A stretch of DNA of 64,000 nt. Source: Candidatus Sumerlaeales bacterium (GTDB lineage Bacteria; Sumerlaeota; Sumerlaeia; Sumerlaeales; Sumerlaeaceae). The translations under genes were made by a program, and so were the position numbers. The notes beneath the pieces are model-generated. The model worked only from the letters and a program-made list of their open reading frames with translations. It searched no databases and was not told the DNA's origin. Numbering within the stretch: position 1 is the stretch's first letter; every line of letters begins with the position of its first letter. The stretch spans positions 32,001-96,000 of the forward strand of contig JBBSQY010000004.1 of assembly GCA_038243585.1 (NCBI GenBank), written 5' to 3'. This document shows, one piece after another, positions 58,416 through 64,000 of this stretch.

Positions 58416-60779
58416 TTATTTTGTGTTCTGCAGGAATTCAAGCATGGAATCTTCCATCGTCGGCGTAAGGCGATTAATCTCTTGCGGCTTTTCAATCTTT
58501 AGATTATCGGTCGAATCAAAAGCAGCGTAGATAGATGCGACCTTGTTTAGCTCCGAAGTTACCGCACTGGGGTTTGAATGGCGATCCAGCAGGGGCGCAA
58601 CGACCATAAGCGGACGCGGCGCAATGCACGCCATAATCTCGCCAAAGTCTATGGGCGCGGTTTTCGGATCTTCCGCAAACAGGCCAAGACGGGGGATAAA
58701 GCCATGCTGATGAGACATGACCCGTATGCTTTCATACCGGCTGTCACTGGCTCTCCATGGCGAGAACGCCGCGACCACAGCAACGCCGTCAATGCGGGGA
58801 TCGACCGCCCCGGCCAGCAACGCCACCGTGCCGCCGATGGTGTCGCCGAGAAGAAATACGCGGTCTTTGTCAATGAAATCCAATGTCTCAACCGCGTCTA
58901 CGCACGCGGAAACATCGCTGATCATTTTGCCCATTTTCGACCAGGCGGGCTGGCGTTTATAAAAATACTCCGCCTCTTCGAGCCGGGTGCCGAAGCCGAA
59001 CATGTCGATCGCAAGCACAGCAAATCCCTTGTCCACCATATTCTGCAGCACTCGCCTTGCACCGCCGCTTCCTCCGTTCATATTATAACCGTAGGCGTAG
59101 CCATGGGCGTAGGCATACTGGTGCAGGTAGATGATGACCGGTAACCGCTCGCCCTCTTTTGTCCGTGTGGTACCGTCCTTGTTTACGGGGCAGTAGAGAG
59201 TGCCCGCCATGTGATCTCCCATCGCGGTATAAGGACCAATGTATATTTCTTTTGCCTGTTTGAGCTCAGGTCGGCCAGTGATAAGGTCCTTCCAATCGTG
59301 CCTGGATTTAGCAGTCTCGGCAGGAGCGACGGGCTTTACCCCTGGCGGTTCGTCGCCCGTCAGCCAGCGAAGCCTCTTGAGTATAGCTGCTTTATCCGGC
59401 GCAAAATCTTGCGCGTCTGCGTACTTTTCACGAAGGTGGACGGGAGAAATTGCTGTGGCGGAACTGGAGACGTCGGGATGGTTCGATTTCCACTTCTCAA
59501 AATCCCAGTGAAAGATAAGCGTGTTCTCCCACGGAATGTCCCGCCGCTCAAACTGCACGTCAAGAAAGTCGATGTGCCGCTCGACGTCGCGCGCAGCAAC
59601 GGCGTGTTCGCCATCACGCTCAAAAATTCCGAGACTGTCGGGTGCGCCGAGAAACTCATAGGCAGTTTTGACGGAGTGGAAACACTGTTCCGCGGCCCAG
59701 ACATTCGACTGATGTTCCATGATAGAGAACGTCATCAATAGCGGTCTCGGCGCGATTATCGACAGAAGTTCGTTTTGGTCTATCGGTAGCTTGTCTTCGC
59801 GCCCGAAAAAGAATCGCAGTCGCGGATGGAACCAGACGTTGGCGATTGAAGTAAGACTATCGAGGGTTTCGTTAACATACTGCGGGTCGCTGTACCGCCA
59901 GGGCATGATGCCGCCGGTGCCACAGCTGCTGCTAATGACGGCCCCGATGCGATCATCAAACGCGGCTGCCCACAGCGACTGCTTGCCGTTGCGCGAGTGT
60001 CCGGTAATAGCAATTTGCCGCTTGTTGACTTCCGGCCTGGTATAAAGATAGTCCACCACGCGAGACGCCCCCCACGCGCGACGCATAAGCTGAGAAAAAT
60101 CATAATCGGGGTAAAGAGCCTGGTACGAGTCAGAATCATCTTTCATGTCTGCACCCGCATAGATGCAGCCGATATACCCGCGCCGCACAGCGAGCTGTGC
60201 CCAGTCTCGATGGTTCCACTGCGTCATGTAAACTGGGCGCGGGGCATCACCAGGCGGAATGAGCAGTTCGAAGGTCATGCGACCGGCCTGGCATGGGCCA
60301 AATCTCAGCTCGATCATTTGCGCCCGCACCCGTCCATCCATCCGGTCGGATAACACCGTGGCCTCCAGGTTTTCTGGCGCAGGCGGTACCGTGCCGCTGA
60401 TCCAGTGCTGAAACTGTTGCCTGACTCGCTGGCGCTTTAATTCCCAGTCTTCCGGTGTTATAACGGCTCTGGTTGTGTTGTCGTCGAGCCGCAACACCAA
60501 AGGATCCGGCAAAAAGGGCATGGAAGGCATCTGGCTAAAATCCGGGGGAAGTTCGCCTGTGCGCTGTTGCCAGTCAGACCACGTTTTGTCCTGCAGCGTC
60601 GTCATCGGGTATCGCCCCGGCAACGAGCGATTTATGAGCAGGCTGTCCTGCAGATACCCCTGGCGACTTTCTAATGAAGTGTCCGCCGCCGGACAGGTTG
60701 TGTTGGAAAAGACCACCAGAAGCAGGGCTGAGAGAAAAGAGCGTAACGGAAGGGAGTGAAAAGAATTTAAGTAAATCAT
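58416..60779 (-). CDS. exported two-domain alpha/beta hydrolase (CE15 glucuronoyl esterase-like plus second hydrolase fold)
   Basis: Signal peptide; AWGASR..DYL, GHSRNGK, AAFDDRI, IAPRPL; second module GDTIGG..DPRI, IAPRPL. Confidence 0.78.
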   Translation of the reverse strand: MIYLNSFHSLPLRSFLSALLLVVFSNTTCPAADTSLESRQGYLQDSLLINRSLPGRYPMTTLQDKTWSDWQQRTGELPPDFSQMPSMPFLPDPLVLRLDDNTTRAVITPEDWELKRQRVRQQFQHWISGTVPPAPENLEATVLSDRMDGRVRAQMIELRFGPCQAGRMTFELLIPPGDAPRPVYMTQWNHRDWAQLAVRRGYIGCIYAGADMKDDSDSYQALYPDYDFSQLMRRAWGASRVVDYLYTRPEVNKRQIAITGHSRNGKQSLWAAAFDDRIGAVISSSCGTGGIMPWRYSDPQYVNETLDSLTSIANVWFHPRLRFFFGREDKLPIDQNELLSIIAPRPLLMTFSIMEHQSNVWAAEQCFHSVKTAYEFLGAPDSLGIFERDGEHAVAARDVERHIDFLDVQFERRDIPWENTLIFHWDFEKWKSNHPDVSSSATAISPVHLREKYADAQDFAPDKAAILKRLRWLTGDEPPGVKPVAPAETAKSRHDWKDLITGRPELKQAKEIYIGPYTAMGDHMAGTLYCPVNKDGTTRTKEGERLPVIIYLHQYAYAHGYAYGYNMNGGSGGARRVLQNMVDKGFAVLAIDMFGFGTRLEEAEYFYKRQPAWSKMGKMISDVSACVDAVETLDFIDKDRVFLLGDTIGGTVALLAGAVDPRIDGVAVVAAFSPWRASDSRYESIRVMSHQHGFIPRLGLFAEDPKTAPIDFGEIMACIAPRPLMVVAPLLDRHSNPSAVTSELNKVASIYAAFDSTDNLKIEKPQEINRLTPTMEDSMLEFLQNTK

Positions 60780-60911
60780 ACGTTTAAAATGGGGTCCGCA
60801 AAACCGACTTTGCAAGCTTTAGGAGTGGGTGCTGCCTCGCGCCTGATAGAAACTCCAATAAAGCTCACCGCCCTCCCCGATAGAATCCGGGCTTTCCGTT
60901 TACTAAACCAA

Positions 60912-60939
60912 CAGTCATCCAGAACCAGTCATCCAGAAC
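60912..60939. repeat. exact 14-bp tandem duplication
   Basis: CAGTCATCCAGAAC x2 immediately after the SulP stop codon. Confidence 0.85.
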
Positions 60940-62606
60940 TCAATTCCCATCCTCAGGAATCTCAATAATATCGCGCGCCTTTGCCAGGGCGTCATCCAGA
61001 TTACCAAAAATATTTTCCTCACCAAACTGCTGCCACAAATGCGACCGTTGCAGCGCAACAATAGGCTGTGAGTGAACGTCTGCGAGCATTAGTCTGGTGT
61101 TGTCCGCCTTGCAGCGATTAAGCAATTCGCCCAGCACGTTAAGCCCGGAACCGTCAATAGCAGGAACGTCCCTCAAGCGTAAGATAAGCACCACCGGTGG
61201 TTTGCCCACAAAGCGCAATGTATCTTTAAATTTCTCCGCAGCGCCAAAAAAGAATGGTCCGGCGATCTCGTAGACTTCGATCCCTGCCGGAATCTGACGA
61301 TTCGACACAGCATTCGGATCCACTGTTTCTTCGCGATCCCTTATTTCACGAGTCACCACCGAGATGTTTGTGACTTCTGACATCCGCTTGATAAACAGCA
61401 TGGCAGCCAGCACCACCACCACCTGCACAGCCACCGTAAGATCGAGAAATACTGTGAGGAGAAAAGTGATCATCAGGACTGCAATATCATCACGAGGCGC
61501 CGTCAGAAGCTGGCGAAAATGTTGCACCTGCCTCATCTGCCAGGCAACAATAACAAGAATGCCCGCAAGGCAAGACAGCGGAATTTCCTTCGCCAGGGGA
61601 GCGGCAAAGATCAGAATCATAAGCAGAGTAAGGGCTTGTATATTCCCCGCAACCGGTGTCTTGCCTCCACTCTTAATATTCGTAGCAGTGCGCGATAAGC
61701 CCCCCTGGCCGAAATGCCTCCCATCAGACTGGCTCCGATATTCGCGATCTCCTGGGCCACGAGTTCCATATTCGACTTGTGGCGATTCCCGGTCATGCCG
61801 TCGGCAACGGTAGCTGACAGGAGAGATTCAATAGCCGCGAGGAGAGCCACGGTAATGGCTGCGGGTGAGAGTTCCCGCAAGAGATCAAGAGTAATTGGGG
61901 GAAGGGATGGAGAGGGGAGTGAGCGCGGAAGGTCGCCAAAACGTGTACCGATGGTTTCGACCGGGAGAGACAAAAACCTGGTAAGCAGCCCGGCCACGAC
62001 CATGGCCACGAGCATGTCGGGAATGCGGGGTGCAAAGCGGCGAAGGATTAAAATGATGGCGACAGTTCCAACACCAATCGCCGCAGTAACCGGACTGACA
62101 GAATTCGCAGCCTTGCCGTAAGCGATCCATTTGGGAACAAACTCGGCGGGAATTTCGCTCATTTTCAGCCCGAAGAAATCCCGCATTTGCGTAGAAAAGA
62201 TCACCACCGCAATCCCCGCGGTAAACCCCGTCACGACCGGAAACGGGATGAATTTTATCATCGCGCCCAGGCGTAAAAACCCCATCACAATCAGCAGTAT
62301 CCCGGCCATTAAAGTACACAGCACAAGACCGGAATAACCATGCGAGGCAACGATGCCTGAGACAATAACGACAAATGCGCCCGTCGGCCCACCGATCTGT
62401 ACCCGGCTTCCACCAAACACAGAAATCAGAAACCCCGCCACTACTGCAGTAAAAATCCACCGTTCCGGCGGCACGCCTGACGCGATGGCGAACGCCATCG
62501 CCAGCGGCAATGCGATCACCCCAACTGTCAGGCCAGCCGAGAGATCCTGCAAAAACGTGAGCCGCGAGTAATTGCGAAGACAGATGATAATTTTCGGAAT
62601 GAACAT
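60940..62606 (-). pseudogene. SulP sulfate/anion transporter with STAS domain, frameshifted
   Basis: DLSAGLTVGVIALPLAMAFAI, QIGGPTGAF, AIESLLSA; frameshift near 61690-61700 (TATNIKSGGKTPVAG continues in another frame); STAS GPFFFG. Confidence 0.85.
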
Positions 62607-62750
62607 AATAGCAGATCTACAGCTTCGCACGACCAAAATGGGATCTCGCCATGAAAGTTAGTTTCAAACTTGGGGATTCCTGTGAGGTAATAACTGCCAC
62701 GACTGGAAAATGCCTTGATTGCTGGGACCGGGTCCGACTTTTAGTTTTCT

Positions 62751-64000
62751 ATGAAATCCTTCTTTTTGCTCTTTGCAGCATTACTTTTGACCTCTAAAAC
62801 ATGCAGTGCCGCCGCTGATAAAATCGTGCTCCAGGCAGAGGCCGCCGGCCTCGCACCTGGCCGTGTCGAGATCGTTGATCAGCCTTCGTTCCAGGGCAAA
62901 AGCGGAGCGGCTCTTGTCTCTGCCGCCAAGTCCACGGTTGATACCCCTGATGCGCCTCCCGATCTTGTTTTTCGCGTCAATGCGACAACAGCTGGCCGCT
63001 ATCTGTTTACCACCCGTGCATCCGTGGATAGCGATACCGCCGTGGTCATGGAAAACGCAAAGTCCAAGCGTGAGTCTATTTATTTGCGAATCGCTGTAGG
63101 CGACAGTCGCCCCGTCCGACGTGTGGTTTTTGTGCCGTGGAGCCGGCCCGATATGTGTAACCAAACGACTGGCAAGTTTGATCTGACTGGCGAGGACGAT
63201 GAAGTTCGCGTTTGGCTGCCGAAAGGTGTTCTTCTCGATTCGATTCAAATTAGTCCTTATGTGCAGCCGGCAGTCCCGGCAGCGGTGGCAACATATCAGC
63301 CTAAGATTGTGCCACCGCCTTCCCATCCGCGTCTGTGGGTTAGCGCCGAGACCCTTCCCGGGATTCGTGCAAACCTCACCAAACCCGAGAATGCACCTTC
63401 CTGGGAAAAAATCCAGGAGATCGCCGCAAAACCTGTAGTGGTTGAACCAGGTGCTGACGGGACAATGGACTACAATCCCGATCTGGAAACCGCTGCCGTC
63501 GACAAGGCGTTCGTTTACCTGATGACCGGCGAACGGGCCATGGGCCAACAATCTGTCAAGATCATCCGGGATTACCTGGACGCGGTTGAATTCGGAAACA
63601 TTCTGGATATTACCCGCGAAATCGGCAGGGCTATTTACGCTGGTGCCCTGGTTTACGATTGGTGCTATGATCTGATGACGCCGCAAGACCGATCGAGCAT
63701 CCGCAAAAATTTAATGAGGCTGTCCGACGACATGGAAATCGGTTGGCCCCCATTTAAACAGCGCGTAGTCAACGGCCACGGAAGCGAGGCGCAGCTCTTG
63801 TCTCATCTCCTCGCTATGTCCATAGCCATATACGATGAAGATCCGGTGCCTTACAAGTACTGCTCATACAGGATCCTCGAAGAGCTCGTGCCCATGCGGG
63901 ATTTTGAATACCAGTCTCCGCGACACCACCAGGGAATCGGATATGGCATTTATCGTTTCGGTTGGGATATGCATGCGGCGTGGCTGTTCTATCGGATGAC
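62751..64000 (+). CDS. exported heparinase II-like polysaccharide lyase (runs off window)
   Basis: Manual translation: MKSFFLLFAALLL signal; HPRLW, ITREIGRAI, ALVYDWCYDL, GHGSE, IAIYDEDP, HQGIGYGIYRF; absent from the ORF track. Confidence 0.8.
   Translation, partial: MKSFFLLFAALLLTSKTCSAAADKIVLQAEAAGLAPGRVEIVDQPSFQGKSGAALVSAAKSTVDTPDAPPDLVFRVNATTAGRYLFTTRASVDSDTAVVMENAKSKRESIYLRIAVGDSRPVRRVVFVPWSRPDMCNQTTGKFDLTGEDDEVRVWLPKGVLLDSIQISPYVQPAVPAAVATYQPKIVPPPSHPRLWVSAETLPGIRANLTKPENAPSWEKIQEIAAKPVVVEPGADGTMDYNPDLETAAVDKAFVYLMTGERAMGQQSVKIIRDYLDAVEFGNILDITREIGRAIYAGALVYDWCYDLMTPQDRSSIRKNLMRLSDDMEIGWPPFKQRVVNGHGSEAQLLSHLLAMSIAIYDEDPVPYKYCSYRILEELVPMRDFEYQSPRHHQGIGYGIYRFGWDMHAAWLFYRM

Noticed and set aside
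62781..63686. 301-aa minus-strand ORF
   Set aside because: Shadow of the plus-strand heparinase-like gene starting at 62751

Overview
Bacterial chromosomal window of moderate-to-high GC from a probably non-Firmicutes lineage (taxon not determinable from sequence alone). It is mostly housekeeping: leuA, rplM-rpsI, ruvX, recD2, pfkA, alaS, tatD, yebC, rplY, rdgB, PNP, rpsO, carB, cinA, a Gld-like ABC transporter, ilvB, hemL and ygfA. There are two accessory stretches. (1) About 4.8-7.0 kb: a HEPN AbiF/AbiD-family gene preceded by a short self-terminating structured RNA (candidate RNA antitoxin, type III-like TA). It lies tail-to-tail with a REP-associated tyrosine transposase (RAYT) that has five REP copies, two of them translated in frame inside the CDS, and a ~153-bp duplication of its 5' end. 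(2) About 53-64 kb: a REP doublet of a second family, a sulfatase, a diguanylate cyclase, a two-domain CE15-like esterase, a decayed SulP transporter and a heparinase II-like lyase. Other notable items are a complete Leu-specific T-box riboswitch followed by a Thr-rich mini-ORF upstream of leuA, an AlaRS with a ~110-aa acidic insertion, a stand-alone BioU homologue, and candidate rplY and rpsO leader hairpins. Family calls come from motif recognition, not database searches.
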